From contig CBDBHR010000029.1 of the NCBI GenBank assembly GCA_965205865.1, positions 448,001 to 512,000 on the forward strand: a stretch of DNA of 64,000 nt, given 5' to 3'. Below the pieces are notes generated by a model that saw nothing but the letters and a program-made list of their open reading frames with translations, ran no database searches and was not told where the DNA came from. This stretch comes from a bacterium (lineage in GTDB: Bacteria > SAR324 > NAC60-12). The translations under genes and the position numbers were made by a program. Shown here one piece after another: positions 1 through 10,652 of this stretch (position 1 is its first letter; every line of letters starts with the position of its first letter).

Positions 1-95
1 AACACGGGAAAGAAATTGACTTTCAACTGCATGTTGAATTTGTTATGTTGGCTTCAGTGCGAGGATGAGACATTTGCCTGCTGAAATAGTAATCC

Positions 96-1241
96 ATGAA
101 ACCCGAATACGATCCCTTGTTAAGCTTCTGTATTGTGAGTTTGACCTTGTTTGGGACGGTAATGATTTACAGCACCAGCGCGGTTTATGCAGAATTGCGT
201 TTTGAAACCAGCGCGCATTTTTTAATGGCTCATTTGCTCCATCTCTTTTTGGGATGCGTGGCGCTATGGATAGGGATGCGTATGAAGTACCTGCTTTGGG
301 AAAAAATGATCCCTTCAATGATGTTGTTCATGCTATTGTTGCTCGTCTTGGTATTGATTCCGAGCATCGGACATGAAGTAAATGGAGCCCGCCGTTGGAT
401 TCGCTTCAGAGGAATTGGGATTCAGCCTGTTGAAATCCTCAAGATTATTCTGATTTTCTATGTCGCCTCTTATCTGGGACGCAAACAGGAATTTTTGGAC
501 TCCTTTTTCCGGGGAATCAGTCCTAATTTTATCGTCATTAGCATTTATTTGGTTCTCGTTTTGCTGCAGCCTGACTTTGGTACAGTGGTCTTGATTGCCC
601 TGACTTTGTTACTGATGATCTATGCGGGAGGCGCTAAACCGATTCATATTTTTGGAAGCGTACTAGTATTTTCTATAATTTCCGTGCTGCTTATCTTGAG
701 CCAATCTTATCGATTGCGACGACTTCTGGCCTTTCTCAATCCATGGGATGACCCGCTGGATTCGGGGTTTCAAATTATTCAATCTTTCATCGCTTTGGGC
801 ACCGGAGGATGGTTCGGAAAAGGTTTGAGCCAAAGCTTGCAAAAATTATTTTTTTTACCGGATGCTCACACCGATTTCATTTTTGCAATCATCGGTGAAG
901 AGCTTGGCTTTTTACGAGTCTGTGGTTTGATTGGTCTATTCGCAATCTTCATCTGGAGAGGCTATCGGACCTCGCGCTACGCCAAAAGCCACTTTGGCAG
1001 ACACCTTGCCTTTGGAATCACCACTTCCATCAGCTTGCAAATTCTTCTCAATTTAGGTGTCGTCAGCGGTTTGCTTCCCACCAAAGGACTTCCATTACCT
1101 TTTATCAGTTTTGGTGGCACTTCATTGGTAGTGACACTCTTTATGGCAGGTCTGCTGCTCAATATCGGCAGGGAATCGATTCCCCAGCGGATGAGCGATC
1201 TCCAGGGCTCCTTGTCAAAAAAAACCATTTCTCATCGATAA
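96..1241 (+). CDS. ftsW: SEDS-family peptidoglycan polymerase FtsW
   Basis: Multi-TM protein with GARRWI, IQPVE, QPDFG, LPDAHTDFIF and LPFISFGGTS motifs. Confidence 0.9.
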   Translation: MKPEYDPLLSFCIVSLTLFGTVMIYSTSAVYAELRFETSAHFLMAHLLHLFLGCVALWIGMRMKYLLWEKMIPSMMLFMLLLLVLVLIPSIGHEVNGARRWIRFRGIGIQPVEILKIILIFYVASYLGRKQEFLDSFFRGISPNFIVISIYLVLVLLQPDFGTVVLIALTLLLMIYAGGAKPIHIFGSVLVFSIISVLLILSQSYRLRRLLAFLNPWDDPLDSGFQIIQSFIALGTGGWFGKGLSQSLQKLFFLPDAHTDFIFAIIGEELGFLRVCGLIGLFAIFIWRGYRTSRYAKSHFGRHLAFGITTSISLQILLNLGVVSGLLPTKGLPLPFISFGGTSLVVTLFMAGLLLNIGRESIPQRMSDLQGSLSKKTISHR

Positions 1242-1507
1242 TAAAAATTTTTTATGAGGCTGCTAATAACGGAAAATTCCAGGCTTGCAAAAAAAGAGAA
1301 CGAGCATATTGACAGACGCGCTCGCAAAAACTGTTGACAATCATTAAAAAATCGTTAAAAATCAAGCCAATTCCAAAAAGAAGTTTCCCTCTCTTCCAAG
1401 AGGGTGAAGCCGGGCAATTCATAGGATTGTGGATTTGTCCCACTAGAAATCACAGCTTGTTTTAATATCTAACCTTAATCTGGCATAGAGGAGATAGGAG
1501 TATCAAT

Positions 1508-2011
1508 ATGAACAATGAAATCGCGGCTGCTCAGGAAAATGACATTGCTCCGGAGAAAGGAAATGACAATCAGGAAATCAGCTTTGGTGAAAAAATGTTG
1601 AAGTGGAGAGAAAAAGTGGGTTTGACCCGCAAGGAATTAGCGCGCAAACTCAATGTATCTCTGACTGCAGTTAAAAATTGGGAAACGGGGCACTCAACCC
1701 CCAAATTGACAAAATATAGTGAAATCGCCAAAGTCCTCAATATCACTGTGAAAGAGATGGGATTGGATGCTAATTTGGATCTGACAAAAATTGGAGACCG
1801 TATCAAATATGCCCGACTGCTTCGAGGTATGTCGATTGAAGCCTTTTCCTATGAATTTGGTTTTGCCATCCAGACTGTAAAAAGCTGGGAATCCCATAAT
1901 TCCGAAGTTTCAGAACCTTCCCTGGGACGTATTTCAAGAGCCTTGAATATCCCCAGCGTTTTTTTTGACATGAAATCAAATCCGGATCAGTTATTGGGGA
2001 GTATCTCATAA
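1508..2011 (+). CDS. XRE-family transcriptional regulator with two tandem HTH domains
   Basis: GLTRKELARKLNVSLTAVKNWETG, then a second HTH (GMSIEAFS...TVKSWE); GGAG RBS upstream. Confidence 0.85.
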   Translation: MNNEIAAAQENDIAPEKGNDNQEISFGEKMLKWREKVGLTRKELARKLNVSLTAVKNWETGHSTPKLTKYSEIAKVLNITVKEMGLDANLDLTKIGDRIKYARLLRGMSIEAFSYEFGFAIQTVKSWESHNSEVSEPSLGRISRALNIPSVFFDMKSNPDQLLGSIS

Positions 2012-2184
2012 CTCCTTCCATCAAATGTGCGTCATTTTGAAGTACTCGTCCCCAATCAATTTTTCAATTCCGCTTTTCTGGGCCGACTTCTCCCCAACAA
2101 TCCGGATTTTCATCTTTTCAGACATAGCGTAAAAAAGTTCTATTTCCATCCTCAATCCTGTTTTCTTTCAGTCGAATCGGTATT

Positions 2185-3294
2185 TCATAGTCCATCCGTC
2201 ATTTGCTCGGAAGGGGCATATTCGCTGTATTGGAGAATCAAATCCGCAAACATTTCTGTTCCTCCAGGAGGCAATAACTGATGCAACTGTTTTCCCAGAA
2301 CCCCCGGTTGGTAGGTTGTAAAAAAATCTTGCCACCATTCCCGTCCTTTTTTTATAAATTGTTCTTGGGTAAGTAGGACACCAGCTCCCGCATTCGCGAT
2401 AACAGCGCCATTCAACTCTTGATGGCTATCGGGAAGAGGGACGATCACAGCATCTTTGGAAAGACAGGCCAACTCTCCCAGAGTCCCTAATCCTACCCTT
2501 GTCACTACCAAATCACTGCGTGCCAGCAAGTGTCCCATTCCTTCATTCACCATAGAATAGGCATGGTAATCCGAATGAGCGCACTGAAGGGGGGGATGAT
2601 TCTTTCCCGTCAAGTGCGCAATTTGGAAACAATTGAGCCAATACTCCAAAACTGTTTCCACCGCTTGATTCAAACCAGCAGCTCCCTGCCCTCCTCCGGT
2701 TACCAACAAGACGGGTTTTTCGGATTTCAGACCAAACTGAGTATTGGCTCGCAAACGAGAAGCGTTCTTGATTTCTGCACGAACTACCGGACCGATTTTT
2801 TTTTTTGTTATCGTAGGAAAATGAGATGCTGTCTGTTCGAAGATGTATGCCAGAACACTGCTCACAGGCGCCATCAGTCGGTTAGCCAATCCCGGGTGAA
2901 CATCCATTTGAAGAATCACATGCGGTATTCTCAATAACCAGGCTGCATAAGCAACTGGTACACTGACAAAGCTTCCGGCAGAAACGACGATATGTGGACG
3001 AAAGCGAATCAATTTTACCATGCCAACGACGAATCCCAACAATATGAAAAAAGGGTCAATCAAGTTCTTCCAACTCCAGTAGCGGCGAAGTTTGCCAGAA
3101 GGGAAGCTTTGAAATGAGAGTCCGACTTGAGAAACCATTGCTCTCTCGGGTCCGCTGGTAGTGCCCCAAAATACAGCTGCTATCTGTTTTTCCCCCAATC
3201 TGAGCTGTAGCTCCTCAAAAACGGCCAATAATGGAGTGGTAGGGCCACCCGAACCACCGCCGGTGAAAACAATACGCAAGATCTGATTTTGCAT
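2185..3294 (-). CDS. murG: MurG glycosyltransferase (GT28)
   Basis: FTGGGSGG, GKLRRY, PGLANR, VTGGGQGA and HQELNG motifs; some are slightly divergent from consensus. Confidence 0.8.
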   Translation of the reverse strand: MQNQILRIVFTGGGSGGPTTPLLAVFEELQLRLGEKQIAAVFWGTTSGPERAMVSQVGLSFQSFPSGKLRRYWSWKNLIDPFFILLGFVVGMVKLIRFRPHIVVSAGSFVSVPVAYAAWLLRIPHVILQMDVHPGLANRLMAPVSSVLAYIFEQTASHFPTITKKKIGPVVRAEIKNASRLRANTQFGLKSEKPVLLVTGGGQGAAGLNQAVETVLEYWLNCFQIAHLTGKNHPPLQCAHSDYHAYSMVNEGMGHLLARSDLVVTRVGLGTLGELACLSKDAVIVPLPDSHQELNGAVIANAGAGVLLTQEQFIKKGREWWQDFFTTYQPGVLGKQLHQLLPPGGTEMFADLILQYSEYAPSEQMTDGL

Positions 3295-3632
3295 TCAGCG
3301 CTCCCTTTAGGAGAGTTTCAGTCATTACCTGCCGATCAAATAGGCGAAAATCTTCACTGATTGGTATTACTGTATTCAAACAGGTTTTACAAGAAATTGA
3401 ATGCTCAAGCGTTGCTATTTACTTCTTTTTTCAGGTACGCAGGCCGTGCACAACACTTTACACTCGAGATTTTACCCATGGTTACGATAATTGTGTTATT
3501 TTAAAAGAAAGTCTTTTCAAAAATCCGATGGTTATTGCACTAGAAAGAATTGCATCTCTTGGTTCCCGGAAAACCAGATTTGTTGATCTCTCACTGAAAT
3601 GACAGCTTTAACTTTCCATTTTTTAAAAAACC

Positions 3633-5693
3633 ATGGAAATCGATGCCTTCCTTCACCAGTATTGTTTGTTCTACAAGGATGGTAATCTCACGGCAGGATG
3701 GGTAGAAGGAATTCAGAAGAAAAAGCTCGCCATTGCGCCTTTGGAGGGGAAAATGGTCCTGCTCTCTCCCAATCGAATCAATCTCTATTGGAAAGACAAC
3801 TCATCCGCTGAAAAGAAAACAGCCCTCATCCGACTGAAACTCCTGATGGAACAAATCCGCCAAATCGCTCAAAACCAGGAACTGGAAGTGATCCACGAAT
3901 TATGCGCTCCTGGAAAAAGCTACTTGCTGGAAGAACTGGTCGATGATTTTTTGGACAATCCCAAAGATCAACTGCAACGGGTCGGTTTTTTTCTTGCTTT
4001 GCATAGGGGTCACCGATTTTTCAAAAGAAAAAACAACCGTTTCACAGCTCGCACTGCTGAAGAATTGGCTCAGCTAGATTATAAATTGATGCAGGAAGAG
4101 CAGCAACGTGTTTGGGAAGAAAAAGTACGGCAATGGATTTCAGATTTGCAATCCGGAATATGGTCTGTGAATCCTTCTCGAGGGGAAGGTTGCTGCAGCG
4201 GAGTTGCTGCTGACGTGGAGCAATTAAAATTGCTTCGGCAATTGCAGTCGGTTTTGATTTACGGAAAAAATTCAGTTTACTGGAAAACCCTCGCCCCTGT
4301 TTTGAATTTGACTCTGGAATTCAATGAAGCCGATGAGCAGAAATTGCAAAATTTATTGCAGAATGCCGGACATCCGGTTTCGAAAGGCAGACTGATTTTA
4401 CTGAGAGCCTCGGTGCGGGAAGATTTTCCAACGGAAGTGCAGGAAGCAGCAGAACGCATAAACCACCAGTCCCTTGCGCAGGAGAATGATAAAATTGATG
4501 ACCATGCCTTGACCTTTACCATCGATGCGGAAACCACCGAAGATTATGACGACGCTTTCTCCGTTTTGCAATGGTCTGACAATCGGGTTGAATTGACTGT
4601 CCATATTACCGACCTCTCAGACATGATTCAACCAGGAGACCCTTTGTTTGAGGAAGCGGAATCTCGCATTTCCTCAGTCTATACCCTCAAACAAGTGTTT
4701 CCCATGTTCCCGCCGACACTCTCGGAACATTGCTTTTCTCTGAGAGCGCAAAAAGTCCGGCCTGCCATCAGCTTTCATTTCGATTTATTCAACAATGGAG
4801 AACGGAAATTCAGGGGAATTGTTTTCAACAAGATACGAGTGGAGAAAAATCTGACTTATGAGCAAGCTGACCAAGCGATTGAACAGCAAGAAGGATTTTG
4901 GAAAGTCCTCTCCAATTGTTGCCAGGCGCTGCGTCAGGTACGAATTGAACAGGGTGCTCTCGATTTTGTCCGTAAGGAAGTGAAGATGGATATCCATAAT
5001 CCGGAACAAATTCAAATCATCCCGATTGACCGTAACACGCCGGCCAATCAATTGGTTGAAGAATTGGCGATTTTAGTCAATCAGGAAGTGGGAAATTTTT
5101 ATCAGAAGCATCAGTTCCCTGGCATCTATCGTGCGCAAGGTCCTTATGAAAGAATTGGTACCGTAAAGGAAGGGGAGTTGTTGTCCCCTCGGCATTTTGT
5201 GATTGAACCAGTACGCCTTTCCATTCATCCGGAAAGGCATTCAGGATTAGGATGCGACTATTATATTCAAGCAACCTCACCCATCCGGCGATTTTCTGAT
5301 TTAGTGACTCAATATCAACTCGCTAAATTTCTCCGGCATCATCAAATCGTTTTTCCGGAAGAACAATTGATGGGCTGGGCCGAACAAATCCAAAACGCCC
5401 AAAAAGCTTATAGCCAGGCAGAACGTGGGATTGAGGACCATTGGAAATTCAAATACCTGGCCCAAAATCCGGGAGCAATCTTTTCTGCCAATATCAAACG
5501 ACATCTTCGTGCCGGTAGAACGGAAGTGGATTTTAACGAGATTCGATTGACGGCCCATGTTACCAATTTACCTCAACAAGAACCAGGAGACGCCGTGTCC
5601 TTGAAAATCGAAAACGTGGATGTTGCGCACCAGTTTATCGCCGTCTCCATTCTTTCCCGGGAAGAAGAAAAGGAAGTAGAAAAAAATTCCTGA
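3633..5693 (+). CDS. RNase II/RNase R family exoribonuclease (RNB domain)
   Basis: TIDAETTEDYDDAFS catalytic motif, HSGLG...Y..ATSPIRR.SD, C-terminal S1-like domain. Confidence 0.9.
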   Translation: MEIDAFLHQYCLFYKDGNLTAGWVEGIQKKKLAIAPLEGKMVLLSPNRINLYWKDNSSAEKKTALIRLKLLMEQIRQIAQNQELEVIHELCAPGKSYLLEELVDDFLDNPKDQLQRVGFFLALHRGHRFFKRKNNRFTARTAEELAQLDYKLMQEEQQRVWEEKVRQWISDLQSGIWSVNPSRGEGCCSGVAADVEQLKLLRQLQSVLIYGKNSVYWKTLAPVLNLTLEFNEADEQKLQNLLQNAGHPVSKGRLILLRASVREDFPTEVQEAAERINHQSLAQENDKIDDHALTFTIDAETTEDYDDAFSVLQWSDNRVELTVHITDLSDMIQPGDPLFEEAESRISSVYTLKQVFPMFPPTLSEHCFSLRAQKVRPAISFHFDLFNNGERKFRGIVFNKIRVEKNLTYEQADQAIEQQEGFWKVLSNCCQALRQVRIEQGALDFVRKEVKMDIHNPEQIQIIPIDRNTPANQLVEELAILVNQEVGNFYQKHQFPGIYRAQGPYERIGTVKEGELLSPRHFVIEPVRLSIHPERHSGLGCDYYIQATSPIRRFSDLVTQYQLAKFLRHHQIVFPEEQLMGWAEQIQNAQKAYSQAERGIEDHWKFKYLAQNPGAIFSANIKRHLRAGRTEVDFNEIRLTAHVTNLPQQEPGDAVSLKIENVDVAHQFIAVSILSREEEKEVEKNS

Positions 5694-5824
5694 AGTATTC
5701 AATTTATCTGGTGTTTAAACTATAAAAAACTTGTGATAAGCAGTTTAATCCTGTAAAAAAGTCAGTTTGACTGGAGTTTCTTCCAGAAACGAGAAGCACC
5801 TTCTTTTGAAGAGAGGGATAGATC

Positions 5825-5959
5825 ATGAAACGTACGTTTCAGCCAAATAACAGACGAAGAAAAAGAAAACATGGATTCCGAGCGCGCATGGCTACCCGGC
5901 AAGGGCGCGCTGTCATCAGTCGTCGACGAGCAAAAGGGCGAAAACGTTTAGCAGCTTAA
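5825..5959 (+). CDS. rpmH: 50S ribosomal protein L34 (missing from the ORF track)
   Basis: Manual translation [44 protein letters not shown]; its stop overlaps the rnpA start. Confidence 0.97.
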   Translation: MKRTFQPNNRRRKRKHGFRARMATRQGRAVISRRRAKGRKRLAA

Positions 5960-6342
5960 TGCAGTGTTATACCTTTCCGAAATGGATGCGGCTAAGCAGG
6001 AAGAAGGAGATTGATCGTGTTTTTAAAAGAGGATCTTTTTACGGCGCAGGTCTGATTCGCGTGAGATACTCGTCATCAGCACTAGGATATAGCCGTTTTT
6101 TGGTATCAGTGAGCAGGAAAGCCGGTAATTCTCCACAGCGTAACCGGATCAAGCGCTTGATTCGTGAAGCAATCCGCTTGTACAATCCTAAATTGCGGAG
6201 CAGCTACGACATTTGTTTTTTTGTCACCAAAGCTCCTCAAACCGCACTTACTTTTTCTTCTGTAGAAGACAAGATTGTCAAGATTTTTGCTCAGTTGAAT
6301 CGACAAACCGAGAGTCCGACGGACTGCGGTCCCAGGGTTTGA
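5959..6342 (+). CDS. rnpA: Ribonuclease P protein component
   Basis: [19 protein letters not shown] (RNR motif); synteny with rpmH. Confidence 0.95.
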   Translation: MQCYTFPKWMRLSRKKEIDRVFKRGSFYGAGLIRVRYSSSALGYSRFLVSVSRKAGNSPQRNRIKRLIREAIRLYNPKLRSSYDICFFVTKAPQTALTFSSVEDKIVKIFAQLNRQTESPTDCGPRV

Positions 6343-6448
6343 ATTTTTGTTGCAAGACCGGCGGGTTTCTCTGACGCCGGTTACAATATATCAGTCCTTC
6401 AGCCCGCCACTTCACAGGCTTGGAGAATCATTGAATCCTTTACTTGAA

Positions 6449-6742
6449 ATGCGTAAAATCATTTTCTTATTGATTCGAGGATATCAGCGCTTTATTTCTC
6501 CATTACTTCCCCCCTCCTGTCGATTTTATCCCAGCTGTTCTCAGTATGCCTTGGAAGCTTACCTGCGCTTTGGTCTCTTGCAAGCGACTCGATTGACACT
6601 GATCCGCATATTAAAATGCCACCCTCTTCACGAAGGCGGATTTGATGCGGTTCCTTCTGAACCACCTGGTTTTTTGTGGTGGGTACGATCCGTCGATCCG
6701 GCTGAGTCAAATCTAAATGATTCAAGCGATTTAATAAAATGA
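6449..6742 (+). CDS. yidD: Membrane protein insertion efficiency factor YidD
   Basis: YQRFISP...[10 protein letters not shown]...RILKCHP...GGFD; likely ATG at 6449. Confidence 0.93.
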   Translation: MRKIIFLLIRGYQRFISPLLPPSCRFYPSCSQYALEAYLRFGLLQATRLTLIRILKCHPLHEGGFDAVPSEPPGFLWWVRSVDPAESNLNDSSDLIK

Positions 6743-8484
6743 TGGACCAAAAGACCCTTCTTGCAATCGGTATTTCCATTCTTGTAATTGTTGGATGGTC
6801 GTGGTTGTTTCCTCCTCCACCTCCCATTAAGCAACTCCCCCCGGAAGATTCTATCGTCTCCACGGAAAAAAAAGAATACTCCACTCGGTCCAACCGTACG
6901 GAGAGCGGAGAAAGGTTGTCCGACGATACCCAAAAATTCCTCAGCAGCGATCCGGATGAAACGGCATCGGCGAAAAAAATTCTCATCGAAACCGATTATT
7001 ACCGTGCGGTGATTGATCCGAGAGGGGGAATTCTCCAAAGTCTTCTTTTAAAAAAACACCATCATTTCAAATCCGGAATTACGCTGGGAAAATGGATTCC
7101 CTTCTTGACAAAGATTCTGGGAAGCGGAAATCCGCAGGTGACGACAGAGGACAATTTGGTGCAAATGATCAAGAACGATTTTGTTGACATTGCGCAAACT
7201 CTTCAAATTCGCTTCGATGGAGAAAACCAGCTCTCAAAACTTTTTGAAAATACGATTTATTCCAGTACGTTGGATGAAATTCAGATAGAAGCGGGAGATG
7301 TGTCACAAACTTTGGTTCTCCGCTCCCCGGCGCGTGATGGGATACAAATTATTAAAACCATTCAATTTCATCCCAGTAATTATGTGATCGATTATCAAGT
7401 GAATGTGATCAATCGTGAAAATTTTGTTCGTCCTTTGCAGATTCAACACGTCTTCGGAGAAGGGCATGTCTTTGAACAGGTAATGGGACAAGTCAACTCG
7501 CATAACGGCCCCGTATATGTCTACAATGGAGAACTGGAAACCCTCGATACCAATGACCTGGAGACGGAGCCAGGGCGTATTGCGCAAATGGAATGGCTGG
7601 GTATTGAGGATTCTTATTTTATTTCAGCAGTGGCAGCATTGAGCGAGGTCAATCAGGGATTTTTTGAAGTATATCCCTTTGTGGGTAAGGAGGGAAGAGA
7701 ACTGAAACCGGTTTTTGGAGTGAATTTGCCTCCAGTTGACTTGATTCCCGAGAAGCAGATTCAATCGCGCTTTCAACTGTATTTTGGTCCTAAAGGCGAA
7801 AAAGAAATGCTCAAATTTGGTCATAATCTTTTTCTTTCCCATGATATGACGCTGGAAGTGCTGGCTAAGCCGCTTTTGAAAATTTTAATCTGGATACATT
7901 CTTATGTGGGCAATTATGGCATCTCCATCATTTTGTTGACCATACTGGTGCGGCTTGTCCTCTTTCCGCTCACATACAAAGGATCGAAGTCCATGAAACG
8001 CATGCAGCAGCTTCAGCCAAAAATGTTGAAGATTCGTGAAAAATTCAAAGACAAAAAGCAGAAGCTGAACGCGGAAATGATGGGGCTTTATCGCAAAAAT
8101 AAAGTCAATCCCTTGGGTGGTTGTTTACCAATTCTCTTGCAATTGCCGATTTTCTTTTCACTTTATAGCGCATTATCCACTGCAGTCGAATTGAGACACG
8201 AACCTTTTTTTGCCTGGATTGTCGATCTTTCCGTCCCTGATGGTCTGGGTATCACTCCGATTCTCATGGGAATCAGTATGTATTTGATTCAGAAAATGAC
8301 TCCTACTGGAATGATGGATCCAACCCAGGCGAAAATCATGAGTATGTTGCCAATCATTTTCACGGTTTTTACTTTCACATTTCCTACTGGATTGACCCTT
8401 TATTGGTTGACAAGTAACATCTTGTCCGTTGGACAACAATATGTGATCAATCGCATAAAACTCCCTGATCTGGTCGAAGAATAA
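6739..8484 (+). CDS. yidC: Membrane protein insertase YidC
   Basis: [22 protein letters not shown] motifs; large periplasmic domain; synteny. Confidence 0.95.
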   Translation: MMDQKTLLAIGISILVIVGWSWLFPPPPPIKQLPPEDSIVSTEKKEYSTRSNRTESGERLSDDTQKFLSSDPDETASAKKILIETDYYRAVIDPRGGILQSLLLKKHHHFKSGITLGKWIPFLTKILGSGNPQVTTEDNLVQMIKNDFVDIAQTLQIRFDGENQLSKLFENTIYSSTLDEIQIEAGDVSQTLVLRSPARDGIQIIKTIQFHPSNYVIDYQVNVINRENFVRPLQIQHVFGEGHVFEQVMGQVNSHNGPVYVYNGELETLDTNDLETEPGRIAQMEWLGIEDSYFISAVAALSEVNQGFFEVYPFVGKEGRELKPVFGVNLPPVDLIPEKQIQSRFQLYFGPKGEKEMLKFGHNLFLSHDMTLEVLAKPLLKILIWIHSYVGNYGISIILLTILVRLVLFPLTYKGSKSMKRMQQLQPKMLKIREKFKDKKQKLNAEMMGLYRKNKVNPLGGCLPILLQLPIFFSLYSALSTAVELRHEPFFAWIVDLSVPDGLGITPILMGISMYLIQKMTPTGMMDPTQAKIMSMLPIIFTVFTFTFPTGLTLYWLTSNILSVGQQYVINRIKLPDLVEE

Positions 8485-8501
8485 TAACTTCCTGCCAAAG
8501 A

Positions 8502-9074
8502 CTACATCCGCTGATTATGGGCCAGGGCCATGAATTCGGCCCGCACGGTACTATGGCTGAGGAAGCAACCCAATAACGTGCTGGTTGTCATCAGCCCCTC
8601 ATGTTTCACTCCTCGCATTTCCATACACAAATGAGAAGCTTTGACAATCACCCCGACTCCCTGGGGTTGCAGCATTTTTTCAAGATAGGTTGCGATCTCA
8701 CTGGTAAGGTGCTCCTGGACTTGCGGCTTTCTTGAAAAAAAATCGACAGTTCGGGAAAGCTTGGAAAGTCCGCACAGCCTCTTGTTGGGAATATAGGCTA
8801 CTGTTGCTTCACCAATGAAAGGCAAAAGATGGTGAGCACAGAGTGATTGAACTGGAATGTGCTGTAAGATGATCATGCCCGGCTGATCCTCCTCCGTCAT
8901 GGGAAACGTCGTCAAATTGAAGGATTCTCTTCCCAATCCAACACACAACTCCTCTGTCCATGCTTTGGCAATACGTTCCGGACTTTTATTCAAATGTGGG
9001 CTGTCCAGATCCATTCCCAATCCTTCCAATACGAGAATAAATCCCTCTTTTACCTTTTCGTACTCCATTGTCAC
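8502..9074 (-). CDS. folE: GTP cyclohydrolase I
   Basis: SLCAHHLLPF, GLSKLSR, QVQE, HLCMEMRGV motifs. Confidence 0.95.
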   Translation of the reverse strand: MTMEYEKVKEGFILVLEGLGMDLDSPHLNKSPERIAKAWTEELCVGLGRESFNLTTFPMTEEDQPGMIILQHIPVQSLCAHHLLPFIGEATVAYIPNKRLCGLSKLSRTVDFFSRKPQVQEHLTSEIATYLEKMLQPQGVGVIVKASHLCMEMRGVKHEGLMTTSTLLGCFLSHSTVRAEFMALAHNQRM

Positions 9075-9130
9075 CTTTCCAAAAAAACAGATTAGATTCG
9101 TTAATCAGTAGCTTGTGATTTTCTGTTTTT

Positions 9131-9209
9131 GCCGTTCCAGGCTTGACCGGGAATCCAGGGGCATACCGCATTATGCGCTTTCCGGACCCCGGATTGAGTC
9201 AGAGACGAC
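9131..9209. repeat. Degenerate REP-like palindromic element
   Basis: GCCGTTCCAGGCTTGACCGGGAATCCAG...CCCCGGATTGAGTCAGAGACGAC; resembles the GTCATTCC..GGAATCCAG palindrome at 28191. Confidence 0.5.
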
Positions 9210-9361
9210 AAATTATTGAAATCATTAATTATTCTAAAAACAGCAGAAAAAATCACACCCAACCATTAAAGTGGATTTCAATTTTCGACGTTTAAAATAC
9301 AGTCTGTCAACACCAATCGCATCATGTTGATGCGAAACTTCACATATGGCGACCAAACTTA

Positions 9362-10287
9362 GAACTTATCCTTAAATAACATTAACTTTCCGGTAAGTTA
9401 TGATAGCTGCAGCCAATTGAAGCAGTGCGAGATAAGTTTGATTATATTTTTCGAATCGGACCATTATCTTGCGAAATCTGTTGAACCATGAATGGCTCAC
9501 CTCGACGACCCATCTTCTGGGTCTGTATTGGGGATTTGCTTTTTTTTCTTGAATCTCTTCACCCCGTTTTTTCACATGTGGCACATAATCATTGGATCGA
9601 ATGATCTGTGATGCTGGCTCACCGTGGTAGCCTTTGTCTGTGCACAGGTGTTGTTCAATGCCCTCAGGCCGCGCAATGACGATTTCCTCCAAGACCAATT
9701 CCAACTGTGTCACATCATGCCGGTTCGCCCCGGTTACGACGAGGGACAGCGGGACACCACGGCCGTCAACCAGCAAATGACGCTTGCTCCCTTTTTTTTC
9801 CCCTGTCAGTCGGGTTTCGACCAACGGTTTCCTGAGCCAGTGGGGCTTTGACAGTCGTGCCGTCTATGCTTTGCCATTTCCAGGAGATCCCTTCCATCTC
9901 ATCATATTCGGCAAGTCCGGCTTGCCAAAGCGACAAAAAGAAACCCGCTTCATTCCAACGCATGAAATGAGCATGGATGGCACTAGGACTCCCATATTTT
10001 TCCTTGGGAAGGGCTCTCCATTGACAACCGGTGCGCAAAACATATACAATTCCCTCGAAAATTTGGCGCGCAGGCATTGGCTTTCTACCACCACCGGGTT
10101 TGCGCATGTAGGTCTTGTTCGGGTCACGTTTGGGTTTTGGTATCAGTGGCTCCACTCTGGCCCAAAATGAATCAGATACTTCCCACGACTGTACTTTTGC
10201 CATATAGCCTCCATGCGTTTATGGTTGAACATGATGACAAAAATAATGCAGGAAATACCAATTTTCAAGTTATTAAAGGATAAGTTC
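9362..10287 (-). mobile_element. IS5-family insertion sequence, complete
   Basis: 19-bp TIR GAACTTATCCTTAAATAAC / GTTATTAAAGGATAAGTTC (1 mismatch); TTA duplicated on both sides. Confidence 0.92.
9372..10203 (-). CDS. IS5-family transposase, two ORFs (9766-10203 and 9372-9824) probably joined by a programmed frameshift
   Basis: RTGCQW and IDGT in ORF A; DKGY and RWVVE in ORF B; slippery GGGGAAAAAAAAG on the minus strand near 9791-9803. Confidence 0.88.
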
Positions 10288-10652
10288 TTAATCATTTGCC
10301 CCAACACTTGAAGGCCTTCCAACGCTTCTTCAGTAACTAATTGATCTTTGTAAACGGAATTGTCGCCGCGGACCAAGAACGAGCCATCTTACATTCACTG
10401 CAATCTTTTGGCGATCAATAAATCATCCCATCTGAAATGGAAATGAAATCATTTTTCATTCCTGTTTGACAAAGGTCAATCGTAACTATTCGGGTTTCTT
10501 CAGAGAATTCTTCGATTTTGGCAAGCATTTTTCGTAGCATTAAGTCCAGACAAGGATACTATGCTCTCGAAAGTTCAAATATATATTGACTCCATATCAT
10601 CGACTCCCCACCATTTTTGGCTCATGCCGAAGATGGACCGCTAAATATTTTT

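Noticed and set aside
5694-5824. oriC next to rpmH
   Set aside because: No dnaA gene and no clustered TTATCCACA boxes are visible.
10291-10652. Gene between the IS5 and IS1595 elements
   Set aside because: Only short broken frames remain even after removing the IS elements; no family could be assigned.
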